Positions 42,477 to 55,669 of a stretch of DNA of 64,000 nucleotides are shown one piece after another. The stretch comes from Octopus vulgaris (taxonomy: Eukaryota): the NCBI GenBank assembly GCA_951406725.2, contig OX597822.1, positions 117,986,001 through 118,050,000 of the forward strand, read 5' to 3'. The position numbers and the translations under genes are program-made. The notes beneath the pieces were generated by a model that made no database searches, was not told the origin of the DNA, and worked only from the letters and a program-made list of their open reading frames with translations. The first letter of the stretch is position 1. Each line of letters opens with the position of its first letter.

Positions 42477-42960
42477 CAATCAGGAGTCACTCCATTAGCC
42501 ACAAAGAATAATCTCTAATTCGAGCCTACTCTAAGCTACTAAGAATGCGTGTGGCAACTTGACGATCCACCCACCACACGCGATAGACTGGCGGTTACAC
42601 GGGCGCGAAAGCTACGTTGTTATCCTCATTCCGTAAACGGTGGCTTTTAACGGGTGGAGAGCTGAAACATCCTGGGGTCCAGAGGATTTGCAATCTAGAC
42701 TAGGGTCTGAAAGTTTTTACCACACCGTAGTGGGTTACACCATGGTTCCTCTGCTTTGTGGCAGAAGTAGGAAGAAAGAGTGAGAGAAAGTTGTGGTGAA
42801 AGAGTACAGTAGGGTTCATAACCACCACCCCCCGCCGGAGCCTCGTGGTTCTTAGGGTTTTTTGCTCAATAAACACTCACAATGCCCGGTCTGGGAATTG
42901 AAACCGCGTTCTTACGACCGCGAGTCCGCTACCCTAAACACTAGGCCATTGCACCTCCAC
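42477..42960 (-). mobile_element. SINE family C (tRNA-like head) with a long body leading to (GAA)n
   Basis: Minus-strand head gtggaggtgcaatggcctagtgtttagggtagcggactcgcggtc...ggtttcaattccc, shared with 45359-45631. Confidence 0.8.
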
Positions 42961-43009
42961 TCTGTTGTTGTTGGTGTATCGTTTTACTGCTCAGAGTTCT
43001 CGATTTTAC

Positions 43010-43305
43010 TTGATCCGGTCAATTCAGTGAGAGCGGACAGTAACCTGTTGTTAAAGGTCTCACAGGGTCTCTTTCCATGGTACCCACATTCAAGTACCCA
43101 CCTCACAATCCTCGCTGTCCCCATTAGGGCAGGTTTTTTTTTCAGCATTTCCTACCCTCGCGTCAATTCCAATTTCTACAACACATTTCTCAAACTTAGT
43201 TGTTAGCGTTCCCAGTGCCCCTACAACTGCTCGGATGACAGTCGTTCTGCTCACTGCCCACATTCTTGCAGTTTCATCTTTTAGCAACTTTGTATTTTAG
43301 CATTT
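43010..43305 (-). mobile_element. R4/Dong C-terminal stub
   Basis: LKDETARMWAVSRTTVIRAVVGALGT matches the end of the RLE domain. The 5' edge is at a TTA-like tract. Confidence 0.75.
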
Positions 43306-43346
43306 ATTATTACTATTATCATCATCACCACCACCACCACCACCAT

Positions 43347-43385
<39 letters not shown>

Positions 43386-43684
43386 GAAACAATGCCATGC
43401 AGTTAAACAAACGTGAAGTTATCCGCATCCGCAATTAACCAAATTGTGTAATTATTTTGTGTACGTTTCTCTGTTATCCACAGAAGCGTGAATGAAATAA
43501 TTGTGATGATGCTTAACGCAAACAGATATTAACAGACAGTGGATATTATATGACTCATTTCAAGAACATAATGGAGAACTATAACCACTAATGGTCAGTG
43601 GATAAGTTAATATATCATGTCTCAAAAATAGCGATTCTCTAGAACAAGAGTATATACATACATACATACATACATACATACATA

Positions 43685-43717
<33 letters not shown>

Positions 43718-43734
43718 CATACATATATATAAAA

Positions 43735-43860
43735 TTAATCCAAACATGAAAACACAAAGAGAAAAAACAACAACGCGAGAACGTAGAACAAGTATAGTGT
43801 TATTGGACGCTCAGGAAAGGAAAGAAGAAGGGTTCAACGTTTCGAGCGGAGCTCTTCATA
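43735..43860 (-). mobile_element. 5'-truncated Penelope-type terminal repeat with a partial hammerhead
   Basis: Minus strand begins ..TGAagagc tcc gctc GAAA cgTT gaacc, truncated within the core, then a pyrimidine-rich tail. Confidence 0.55.
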
Positions 43861-44572
43861 TACACGTACACACATGCACATACACACACAGACAGACACG
43901 CACGCATATACACACACACACGAAGCAATTGTCCTCAACTAAATCGAGGGCGAGGGATGCCTTGTGTGTGAATTTCGGAGATAGTTCTATATACATAAAT
44001 CGGACGAAGGCGGAAGGAAGATCGAAGCAAATAACGGAAATGCTGAAAGGAATAGAGCAAGATGGAAACGGACGAAAAATCAGAAACAAACGAAAGAGAA
44101 AAAAAAGGTGGAGAGTAGTAAGGGACAAGATGGTGGGAGGTTAACTGAGAGTGTAAATATAACGAAAAACTACCTGAATTTGGTGTGTGTATGTGTATAT
44201 TTTGAGTGACTTGGTGATTGTGTGTAGGTATGTGTGTGTGATTTGAGTGAGTGGATGATTGCATGATATAAAGGCTGTTTTATATACAGGCTATATTAAT
44301 TATGTATTAAATGCAAGTGTTATTGCTAGTTCTCCTATAACTGCGAATACCAGGGTGAATGTTCAAATAATTTGTAAGGTTGATTAGTGACACTGAAAAC
44401 TGTGGACGATAGGTAATTTTTCTGGACATAAAGCTTGAAGAAGTGTTGTTGGCAGCAACAGTGTAGGATTAAAACCACTGGAGTAAACTAGTTGATCGTA
44501 GAGATGGAGGCAGGGCCGTTGGCGATAGCAGTGCAGAATTAAAAGCATGGGAGGTAGAATAATTGATAATAT

Positions 44573-44802
44573 ATTCCTTTATTGCCCACAAGGGGCTAAA
44601 CATAGAGGTGACACACACAGACAGACAATGGGATTAAGTCGATTACATCGACTCCAGTGCGTAACTGGTACTTTATTCATCGACGCCGAAAGGATGAAAG
44701 GCAAAGTCGACCTCGGCGGAATTTGAACTCAGAACGTAACGGCAGGCGAAATACTGCTGAGCATTTCGCCCGGCGTGCTAACTATTCTGCCAGCTCGTCG
44801 CC
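44573..44802 (-). mobile_element. SINE family B, full length
   Basis: Reverse complement of the 33127-33362 family. Confidence 0.92.
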
Positions 44803-45311
44803 TATAATAATTGATAATAGTGATGGAAGCAGCGTCGCTAAGTGTAGCGTCGCTAGCGGTTGAAGAACTGTGGCGGAAGAGATGAAGGTAGTGTAGTTGG
44901 AGTCTATGTTGTTGATGGAGGCAAGGGCAACGTTGCTGGGGCAACTATTGATGTTGATGGTGTTGGCGATCATAGTGTTTGGGGAGCTAGTGTTGCTGGT
45001 GGCGGTGTTTTTAGACGTAATACTGCTAATGATAGAACTGAACGCAATGTTGATGGAAGTGGTGTGTTGGGAAAAGTATTATTGATAGTGATGTTGGAGG
45101 TGATGTTGCTAGAGGTAGTATTGGAGATGGAGTCGTTGAATGGTGTTTTTAGAAGTAGTGCACTTGAAGGCGGTGGGGGTGAGATTAGTATTAGGAGCAG
45201 CAACAACAACAACAATCATGATGATGTGTAAAAGTATAAACATGCATATGTGTTTGTGCATGTGTATGAATGTGTGCATATATGTATCTATGTATGTATG
45301 TATATATATAT

Positions 45312-45354
<43 letters not shown>

Positions 45355-45358
45355 ATGT

Positions 45359-45631
45359 GTGGAGGCGCAATGGCCAAGTAGTTAGGGCAGCGGACTCGCG
45401 GTTTCGATTCCCAGACCGGGCGTTGTGAGTGTTTATTGAACGAAAACACCTAAAGCTCCACGAGACTCCGACAGGGGTGGGGTGGCCATCCTTGCTGTAC
45501 TCTTTCTGTTGGCCTGCTCGCTCAGCCAGCAGGGTGGCACCATTTGAAGGCTAAAACAATGCGAAGCGCATTGTGACCAGCGATGTGTAGCAACATCTGA
45601 TAGCCTGATCGGTCACGGTGATCACGGTGAT
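45359..45631 (+). mobile_element. SINE family C with a (CACGGTGAT)n tail
   Basis: gtggaggcgcaatggccaagtagttagggcagcggactcgcgg...ggtttcgattccc; ends gtcacggtgatcacggtgat. Confidence 0.85.
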
Positions 45632-45648
45632 ATGTATATATATTTATG

Positions 45649-45689
<41 letters not shown>

Positions 45690-46591
45690 CTGTGTAGTGA
45701 CATAGAGACTGTAACACTATGCTGGTATTCTCCGTTGGTAGCATCTTTGGTGTAATTTATGATAGTAATAACTGTGGAAATATTTTAATACGAGTAGTGT
45801 TGTTGGGGGTAAGAATGGAGGTGCTAGTATCCACCGTAGTCTGCTAATGGTCATTTTAGTAATGCTTTCTACTTTATTTCATAGATTGCATTACAATCTG
45901 TAAATATTAGCGTAGATGGGTGGGTTATCTTTGTTTTTTACCGAAATAATTGTGGTGCTTATATGAAGGGTGTGATGGGCGTCTGGAGAGAGATGTTGGG
46001 TTTTGTAATGCTGAAACTCTTTGGAGTCGAATCGGTAATAATGATGTTGAGGATGCATGCGATGCTGGTGCAATTTGGAATGATAGAAAGAAGCATAAAT
46101 AAATGGTAAATCGTGGGTTAAAGGGAATGATTGTAAGAAGGAATTTAGTAATTGAAGGTTTCTACCATTTATGCTTCTGGTTGAATGTTATTAATCGATA
46201 CTGAGTAGAGCAGTCTTTGATTGATGCTTGGCCCAGAATTTCCAAACTGCTTTTTTCTTTACTTTCGTAGATACAACATTACGAACAATATATGGAAAAT
46301 AAAAAAAATATCATTTTTGAAGCATGTTTTCTATGTTAAATCTGTCAGGAAATTCTACTCGTTTTTTTATTATTCTTTATGTTGTAGCAATTGTACTGTA
46401 GTAAAAAAAAAAAGGGGATAAAAAGCATTGGTGGAATCAGATAAATCAAAGTAAAATTAAATAAAAGTGGATATTAAAAAAGAAACAGGAAAGAATTTTT
46501 ATATCGATTCCCAAAATAAATGTGTGTGTTCTATTATCTCATATTATAATATATTATGCTATATCTTATTAGATATCATATATATACCTAA

Positions 46592-46635
<44 letters not shown>

Positions 46636-46638
46636 CAT

Positions 46639-46670
<32 letters not shown>

Positions 46671-47947
46671 TAGTATTAGTAGTAGTAGAAAGACAGCGAT
46701 ATATATATATATGTGTGTGTGTGTGTATGCATGTATATATATATATATGCTCATACAATAAGCTCTACATTTCCATAGATACTCTGTTACATCCCAATGC
46801 ACCCTTTTACTAATACAGTCTTACCTGTGATTATACTCTTCGTGTGCTAACTTGTTACATTCACTTAAGAGATGGTTAATACTTTCGTGTCCTTTTCCAC
46901 AGACCCTGCGTGTGCTGTCTGGTTGAGTTTGATCAACCTTTGTCTTTATCAAGTTCTTTCTCGTGCATTGTTTCTGAGTGGCTATAATTATTGATTTAGT
47001 TTATCTTGTCACGTGTCCATCAGTCGGTCACAACCAGCTTTCTTTATTTCCAACATCTTTAGTTTGCTGTATGAATTGGTTATATAATTGCTTTCTTTCC
47101 GACTATTTGAGCTGTCGTTCTTTCTTCAATTCTCTTTCTCTCATATCGTCCCCACAAAAAGAATGTTTGGAATTTGGGATTTTTATTTGAGGGACAATGA
47201 AAACTTCTGAAAGGCTGAAAATTGTCTTTGAGCGATTTGCAAGAAATTTCTGTCAAGATTCACGAGGATAATACTTGTGTCATGACGTCCATTAGCATGA
47301 TCTGAGATTCAGATATTTAGATCAAATATACAGCACCAAACACTATCTTTACTTTTAACATTCATGTAACTATTACAGGTTCTCTACTTAGAAGAATGTC
47401 TTCTTACACTGAGAAGCAATGTAATTTAAAGCAAACACGGAGACATTGTTATGTTGCAATTCATTAACCAAATGTAATGGCCGCTATGACCGTCTTAAGG
47501 CGCGAATTAATGGCGCTCAAAGGAAAGAAAACGAAAGCGAAATTAGATAATAGATTTTGTCCTACTCTGCAATTCCAAAATGATCACTATAGAATAACAA
47601 AAGCTATTTCCAGCTTGAATGATAGCATAAGTGATTGTTCAACGATGGAAATGAGAAATGGATAGAGCTTCCTATCTATAATAATAACATTACTAAGTGT
47701 TTTCTGCGAGCAAATAAAGTTGATATAGTTATAAAAAGAGAATTATTAGAATAAGTAAAGGAAAATGCATAGCATTGATTCCTTGTAACAAGCATGACTT
47801 GACTTATGAAAGCCAAGCAAGCGCACAAATAGCAGCATGATATAACAGGGAATACGCCTTTCTGTGAATTGTGCGTATTAATAAGTGTATGGGTGTGAAT
47901 GCAAGACTGTTTCTCTGTGTGTGTGTGTGTGTGTACGTGTCTATATC

Positions 47948-47999
<52 letters not shown>

Positions 48000-48099
48000 T
48001 GCGTGCGTGTGTGTATATATATATATATACGCACACATGCATATTTCTATCTCACTCTTTGTATATATGTATGCACACACGCACGCACATAAATATCTT

Positions 48100-48545
48100 T
48101 CAACTTTTATCACTTACTTGTTTCAGTCATCAGACTGCGGCCCTGCTGGGGCACCACCTTGAAAGTTTCTTTAGTCGAACGAATCGATCCCAGCACCTTT
48201 TTTAAAAAGTTTGGTACTTATTCTATCAGACAATTTTGCTGAACCGCCATTTACGGAGACGAAAAGAAACCCACACCGTGTGTAAAGCGGTGACAGGGAA
48301 CAAACGCAGACACAAAGGTACACACTCACGCACACACACACACACACAGGCACACACACGTTCACACACACACACACACACGCACACACGCACGCACACA
48401 CGCACGCACACACATACATCGAGAAATATAAATATAGATACTACAGTCTTCTCTCAGTTTCCGTCTCCCAAATCCATTCGCCAAGCTTAGGTCGGCCCGA
48501 AGCTATACTACAAGGCAATTTCCCTGCGTGCCAGACAGTTGGACT
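48100..48545 (-). mobile_element. SINE family A, decayed
   Basis: ttgtttcagtcatcagactgcggccctgctggggcaccacc...ggtcggcccgaagctata. Confidence 0.85.
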
Positions 48546-49550
48546 GTAATGTGGGGTTCGACTCGAGTGCTATCTTGTTTAGAGTTTTGAGTGGAATTTT
48601 ATGGAAACCCGTCATATTCATGTATGAATATAGAAATATATATTTGTATGTATGCGCGTATGCAAGAAAGAATGTAACTATATAAGTATTTATGCATGTA
48701 TATGTGTGCTATGCATGCATGTATGCATGCATGCATGTATGCATGCGAGCATGTATGCACGCGTGCATGTGTGCATGTATGTACGTATGCATATACGTAA
48801 GTACGCTCGTGCATTTGTGTTTCTGCATGTTTGAACGCATGTTCATTGATGTATGTGTGCATGTATGCATGTGCATGTATGCATGTGCGTGTGATGTCTA
48901 AAAACTAGGCGTGATGTCTAAAAACTACAAAAGAACGAAAGAATATATTACGGTGGCAATATATTCATACTTACGGCGGTAATTGATGTTTTCAAAGAAT
49001 CCACCACTGCAATGAAAAATATAAATTCGATTCCAAGTTCTCGAATATTCCATTGAAATATCAGCAGGTGAACTTAATAAACCAGTGAAAACAAAATGAT
49101 AGATATTTTGAAGCGAGGATTGGCAATAAATACACGGAAAGAATCGATTTTTCAATGTATAAATGTGCCGTTAGTGCTGCTAGTGAGAGAGTAGAAGATC
49201 ATTACGATATTAAATACTGTTTTCCAGAAGCCATCGAGTGAGGAGACTGGAAAAAATCCATTATATTTTGAGAGATTTAACTGATCATTCGTGTTATTTG
49301 ATTTTTGTTAACTATATTATTCAAATACAAATTAATGGCTATAGAAGTGTTTTCAAAGGATGCAGGGGTTGGTGCTATGTATATATGAAATGAGAGAACA
49401 CTTCACTTTGCTGTAAATCCGTGATTCCGTGTTCGATCTGCACCTTAGACAAATGGGATTTTACCCATGGACATGTACTGGTCGATATCTAGCCAATTGA
49501 ACTCGCCAGGCATAAGCCATGTCGCTTGTGTGTGCGTGCGTATGTGTGTG

Positions 49551-49593
<43 letters not shown>

Positions 49594-49596
<3 letters not shown>

Positions 49597-49787
49597 GATT
49601 ATATACATAATTATAAAAAGGGCTTGGCTTGCGTCTAACCACGCACTGAAAAATAGACGTCAAAAGACACTATTACCATCTAGCCTATTATGTGGTGTGT
49701 TTATTCTCGGAGAATTTATGGTGGTAATAGTGCCCTTTGACGTCTATTTTTCAGTGTGTTTTGAGGCATAATTATGTATATAATTAT
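49594..49787. repeat. Imperfect fold-back element
   Basis: cactgaaaaatagacgtcaaa vs tttgacgtctatttttcagtg; outer attatatacataattat vs ataattatgtatataat. Confidence 0.85.
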
Positions 49788-49944
49788 AAACAGATTTCCG
49801 CGCTGTCCACTTGGTAAAAATCTTTAATGATTTTTATCCTTTATTATTATTATTATTATTATATATATATATTTTTATTTTATTTTTTATTTTATTTAGT
49901 TTCAGCTCACAAGCTGTGGCCATATATATATATAATATACTATA

Positions 49945-49991
<47 letters not shown>

Positions 49992-50027
49992 GAGCGACAG
50001 ACAGACAGACAGAGACAGACAGAGAGC

Positions 50028-50300
50028 AAGGGTTGCAAAAGTGACAGGGGGTACTGACTAGCACCACTATTGCTAGAAAGATGAGTTAAAGCAACTCAAA
50101 TGACACAAAGCACTATCTTAATGACTGACAAAGGGAGGTAAGTCCCCAGCATATGTAGTCGGATCGACGATTTCGGATTTTGACTATCTTAATGGTCTAC
50201 ATCAAAATTAAGTCATTAAGACAGTGCTTTGTGCCATTTGAGCTGTTTTAACTTTTCTTTCTAGTCAATGGTGGTGCTTTGTCACTTTTGTGACCTCTTT
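50028..50300. repeat. Imperfect fold-back; the right arm has further inverted copies at ~51167-51260 and ~51700-51790
   Basis: agcaccactattgctagaaag...atcttaatgact vs agtcattaagacagtgc...ctagtcaatggtggtgct. Confidence 0.85.
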
Positions 50301-50790
50301 TAATTTTTCCCTGGGGTTCAATTTGCTAAAAAGCCACTCATTTAATTTGTTGTATATATACGCATATGTGCATTTTTCTATTTTATTTTGATTTAACATT
50401 AAACTGACTCATTTTCTTGTGATATATATACATCAGAATAGCTTAATTGAACGTAATGATAAAGGTTTAACCCTTTATTACAAATTAATCTAAATAAAAC
50501 GTTGACGTATCTAAATTCGCTTGACACGCCATTTCTTTTGAAACCAAATCATAATTCCATTAAGCAATCATATTTCAACTGATCGCAAGCGAACAATTTC
50601 ACTTTTTAATTAGGGATGATCAATTGATAGCGTAAATATGTTTACATATATGCACGTAGGTATATATCTGTATGCGTATACATGTTCGTGTGTATGATTA
50701 TACACATGTATATGTGTATGTATACGTGAATATACATATGTGTATGTGTGTATATATGTATATGTATGTATATGTGCGTGTGAGTATGTA

Positions 50791-50860
<70 letters not shown>

Positions 50861-50863
<3 letters not shown>

Positions 50864-51101
50864 AATGTAATATGTGACAATTATTCGGTTGCCATGATAA
50901 AACTCCGAGTTTCGGATGCCGAGGTGGAAATCTGGCCGGATAACTGAAGAGATGGCGGCGTGGATTTCCACCTCGGCATCCGAAACTCGGAGTTTTATCA
51001 TGGCTACCGAATAAATGTCACATATTACTTTTACAGATAAATTTCTCTATTTACATAATATCGAGGTCTCTTTCTTTCTTTTGTTGTCTTAACGTTTTTA
51101 T

Positions 51102-51106
<5 letters not shown>
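50861..51106. mobile_element. Hammerhead-bearing fold-back element 3
   Basis: 72-bp inverted arms at 50861-50932 and 50963-51034, a 30-bp spacer, a 3' extension, and (TA)n on both sides. Confidence 0.8.
50939..50999 (+). ncRNA. Type-I hammerhead ribozyme motif
   Basis: gataa-CTGAAGA(50944-50950)-gatggcggcgtgg attt ccacctcggcatc-c-GAAA-CTCGGAG-TT^-ttatc. Stem I is gataa/ttatc; there is one extra C before GAAA. Confidence 0.7.
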
Positions 51107-51155
<49 letters not shown>

Positions 51156-51158
<3 letters not shown>

Positions 51159-51649
51159 TGTACATAAGCACCACCATTGACTAGAAAGAAAAGTTAAAAC
51201 AGCTCAAATGGCTCAAAGCACTGTCTTAATGACTTAATTTTGATGTAGACCAATAAAAGGTAAAAATCCGTGGATGATACCATATATATATATATATATA
51301 TAGATAGATAGATAGATATATATAAATCAATACATATACATATACATATATGAGAAAGTGTGTGTACATGTTTGTACATGAAAAATCTACGTCAACGTGA
51401 ATGCTGTTTAATGCTTTTACGTATATCAATGTATGTGTGCTTATATATATGTGTATATATGTGTGTACATGAGTATAAATGTGCATTCGTAGGAATATAT
51501 ATTGCATATATATGATGATATGTACGTATATACGTGTAATTCCATGTAATTGTTATTGTCCCCGTGCGTGTACATACATATATATGTATATATATGAATA
51601 TGTATGTATGTGTATATGTGTTTTTGTATGTATGTATGTATGTATATAT

Positions 51650-51693
<44 letters not shown>

Positions 51694-52808
51694 TGTACAT
51701 AAGCACCACCATTGACTAGAAAGAAGAGTTAAAACAGCTCAAATGGCTAAAAGCACTGTCTTAATGACTTAATTTTGATGTAGACCAATAAAAGGTAAAA
51801 ATCCGTGGATGATACCATATATATATATATATATATATATATGACTCCAAGCTACAGAAGGTCATAAATGAGGCGAGTGACCGGACATGCCTTCAGTCAG
51901 ATCTACTGGCTGTTATCCAATGGGCAGAAAAAAACAATATGCTGCTGAACGAGGATAAATTTGAGCTAATCCACTTTGGAAAAGAGGATGCCCTGAAACT
52001 CCCATACTCCCTTCCTTCAGGTGAAACTCTCGCGGCGTCCAACAACATCAGAGACTTGGGAGTAATTGTGGACAACAACGTAAGCTGGGCCACTCATATA
52101 AACACCAAAGTTGACATGGCCCGCAGAATGTGTTCCTGGATTCTCAGAACTTTCCAGTCGAGAGATATCCACACCATTATCCTCCTCTTCTCCACTTTTG
52201 CCCGACCCCACCTTGAATACTGTTGTCCACTGTGGTCTCCACACACAATACAAGGTATCATAAAAGTTGAAGCACCTCAAAGGGCAATCACAAAAAAGAT
52301 AGATGGCATGACAGGCCTCGACTATTGGGTCGACTAGAAAAGCTAAAACTCTATTCTCTCCAACGTCGTCGTGAGCGCTACATCATCTGCATGATGTGGA
52401 AAATATTCCATCAGCATTGCCCAAATGATGTTGGCATCACCTTTAGGGTACATCCAAGGCTTGGGCCCCGTGCCATCCGCCCAAAACAAAAATCGCACTC
52501 TCATCTCATAACAACAATACGGCACAATTATTTCACCTCAATTGGCCCCGCTCTCTTTAACATTACACCAAAACACATTAAAACAGAAACTGACCCTATA
52601 GGGTTCAAGAAGTCTTTGGACAGATTCCTTCAAGAAATCCCGGATAAACCCCCTACACCCGGATATGTCTCTGTAAACAATAACTCTCTACTTGAGTGGG
52701 CCATAGTGCCCAAATTCTGACTTGAAAGACTTCACCAGGTGGTGCTATAAGTTAGACATGGCCTGGGCCAATAATGGCCGAAACCTATCAAAGTATCAAA
52801 GTATCAAA

Positions 52809-52854
<46 letters not shown>

Positions 52855-53167
52855 CAATACATATACATATACATATATGAGAAAGTGTGTGTACATGTTT
52901 GTACATGAAAAATCTACGTCAACGTGAATGCTGTTTAATGCTTTTACGTATATCAATGTATGTGTGCTTATATATATGTGTATATATGTGTGTACATGAG
53001 TATAAATGTGCATTCGTAGGAATATATATTGCATATATATGATGATATGTACGTATATACGTGTAATTCCATGTAATTGTTATTGTCCCCGTGCGTGTAC
53101 ATACATATATATGTATATATATGAATATGTATGTATGTGTATATGTGTTTGTATGTATGTATGTATG

Positions 53168-53172
<5 letters not shown>
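51156..53172 (+). repeat. Tandem ~500-bp duplication (51156-51660; 51691-51842 + 52811-53172), with the second copy split by a LINE
   Basis: gcatgtacataagcacc...gatacc and aaatcaatacatatac...gtatgtatg each occur twice, nearly identical. Confidence 0.93.
51843..52810 (+). mobile_element. 5'-truncated CR1-group LINE (RT C-terminus plus 3' UTR) inserted in (TA)n
   Basis: DSKL...LQSDL...W...N.M.LN..KF..IHFG...RDLGV...RPHLEYCCPLWSP...LYSLQRRRERY. One frameshift near 52328. (TATCAAAG)3 tail. Confidence 0.93.
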
Positions 53173-53266
<94 letters not shown>

Positions 53267-53463
53267 AAGGAAATGAAGAAAATGCTGACAAAATAATTTA
53301 AGTAATTTAAGTAATTTAATTAGGTAAAAGTTCTTTTTACCGGTTGCGCATTTGTTATGCTTATCAAATGATGTTTTTTTAAGAGAGATAGAGTTACTTT
53401 CTGATAGATTTTTCCTCTTATCCTCATATCACAACTCGTGTTCCACATCTCCTTTTTTAAAAA

Positions 53464-53525
<62 letters not shown>

Positions 53526-53634
53526 TGTATATGTGTATGTATATATATGCATGTATATATGTATATATGCATGTATAAATGCATATATGCATATATTTTC
53601 ACATGTATGTGTGTATATATGTATATATAAGGCA

Positions 53635-54520
53635 TCTCTTATTATAAAAGGCAGATTTTATCTGCCTCCCTTTGTAACTTATAGAAATCTACAATATAGG
53701 ATTTCTTCAATTACAATTTACCTAGCATTTTTAAGAGTAGAATGCATCGGGTCATGCCAGGTCCAGTTTTTAAAATTTAAACTCCAATTAAGCAAAATTT
53801 ACAGAAAACTCACATTCTGGTGTGTATGTCAAATGCTTTTCTTAATGTGGTTTACACCACACGCACACGCACACACACAGTGTGCAACGAATAAAATGAA
53901 AGTAAATAGCGACAGAGTGATTTGAGGAAGACTAAACTGAAAGTATTTAAACCACTACTCAAAAAATAAAAAAACACAGCAAACAGAAACAAATAAATAC
54001 ATAACGATTTACTCCTCACACAATTTCTTCAATTAGAGTGTACCCATAATTTTTCAGAGTACTTCAGTGGGTGATGCCATAAAAAATTTCTTTCAATTTT
54101 ACCACCAATTAAGACAAAATTCGAGAAAACTCAATATTTTAACATATCACTCCGAAAGCATTGATGTACATGTGTGCGTGCGTGAGTGTGTGTGTGTCAT
54201 TCCTCACACACACGCATACACATACATATATGAAACGTTTCAAACAACTACATACAAACACGTGTGTGTTTGTTATTAGTAAAAAAAAGGCGCCAAAACA
54301 CAACTCACTTATCATTCCAACACATTTGCAAAGACACACGGACGGTGGAATTGCTATAACAATACAGAAAAGGTAAATTGTTTTTTATTTTACTCTGTAT
54401 ATATTTTATTATATAATATTATATATAGATATATGTATATATAATTGCAGTATGAAACAGTGTTTATGTATAAACAGACGACACTTATATATAGTTATTA
54501 TAATAAGAGATTAATAAATG
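53635..54520 (+). mobile_element. Probable Helitron-like non-autonomous element (5' part; 3' end not identified)
   Basis: a|TCtcttattataaaaggcag start resembles the other Helitron 5' ends. Shares aagcattgatgtacatgtgtg with the palindrome arm at 56189. Confidence 0.45.
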
Positions 54521-54531
54521 TATGCATCCGT

Positions 54532-54860
54532 TTAACCCTTTCGTTACCAAACCGCCCGAATTTACCTATTCATATTTAAATGAGAATATCAGAGCAAATC
54601 TCTTTAGTACATTCGTGAAAACACGTATTATACTTCGTAAACACTTCAACTACAGTTTTGTACAAAAATCGAAGTGTAATTTTAATTCCGTGAATTATGG
54701 GAGATTTTTTTTCCGAAATTTGTTCCTATTGTGTTTTCAAAATTTGTAATTCTGACAAATTGGATACGAATTTCATTATATCAAGCAGCGAGTCAGAATT
54801 CGAAGGATTTTCTACTGAAGACCTTCATAAATCTAACTCTATGACTGAAAAAAAAAAGCA
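54532..54860 (+). mobile_element. piggyBac-like left end and N-terminal relic
   Basis: TTAA|CCCTTTcgttacc terminus and an acidic SSSESEFEGFSTEDL stretch, typical of piggyBac N-termini. Confidence 0.45.
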
Positions 54861-55256
54861 TCTTTATATAAGAGTGAAGTTGTGTGTCTGTCTCCTACGA
54901 TTTAGATTCCTAACTACTCCCACATTTTGCGGTGCAGTTTAACCAAAGTATCCAAGTATCTTATAGTCGTGATTCATATCAAGCCCTTCTGGGTATTAGC
55001 GCGCGTCTACGATGAGTCGACGATTTAAAAAAAATTTACCATCATATTTTTCCATTTTAATGCATTTTTTTCGCTTTTATATAAGGGAAGTAACTCTCTA
55101 AAAATATCTACGATGTGTCAACGATTTAAAAAAAATTTACCTTAATTTTTTTTAATTTTTAATGCATTTTTTTGCTATTTTTTGGCTATAACTCTCTAAA
55201 AATGCTTATATAGTTATTTCCCTTACAACCCGAGCAACGCCGGGCGATACTGCTAG
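54861..55256 (+). mobile_element. Complete non-autonomous Helitron
   Basis: A|TC 5' end; 3' hairpin cccgagcaacgccggg, then CTAG|T; no TSD; internal ~100-bp tandem duplication. Confidence 0.92.
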
Positions 55257-55586
55257 TTTACAAATAAATGTATGATCGCATGATAGTAAAGATGAGTGAA
55301 TCTTTATGTATAGATATGCCTTTCTCAGTTTTTATATACAACCTACAAATGTAAATTAGTTCCTCACCTCATTCATATCATACTTTATTCACATTGTAAT
55401 TTAATTTTTGATCCCTATTTACTTATTCATCATTACCCTAATTATATTTGCATACTATATCTTACCCATAACAAACCTGTCACCCACTCGCCTAGACACA
55501 TACCATTACTAATAATAAACAGTATAATTCAGTCTGCCGTAGTGATTCAAATGACAAACACAAAATATCTAAGGGTATATTCAACC

Positions 55587-55669
55587 TCCCTCTTAAAAGA
55601 TTAAGCTCAGAAATATGATTTCGATAATTATAAAATTTCACTGAGATTAATTGAAACAGCTGTAAGGGA
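55587..55669 (+). ncRNA. Decayed hammerhead motif
   Basis: tccct-[cttaaaaga]-ttaagctcag...ctgagattaat-t-GAAA-CAGCTG-TA-aggga. Stems I-III are intact but the CUGANGA core is mutated. Confidence 0.5.

Noticed and set aside
44810-45230. Gly/Val/Asp-rich ORFs
   Set aside because: Decayed GNT-type trinucleotide low-complexity sequence, open on both strands.
46902-46995. Strong-looking acceptor (ccttttccacAG)
   Set aside because: The phase-1 frame has no family motif and stops after ~30 codons without a good donor.
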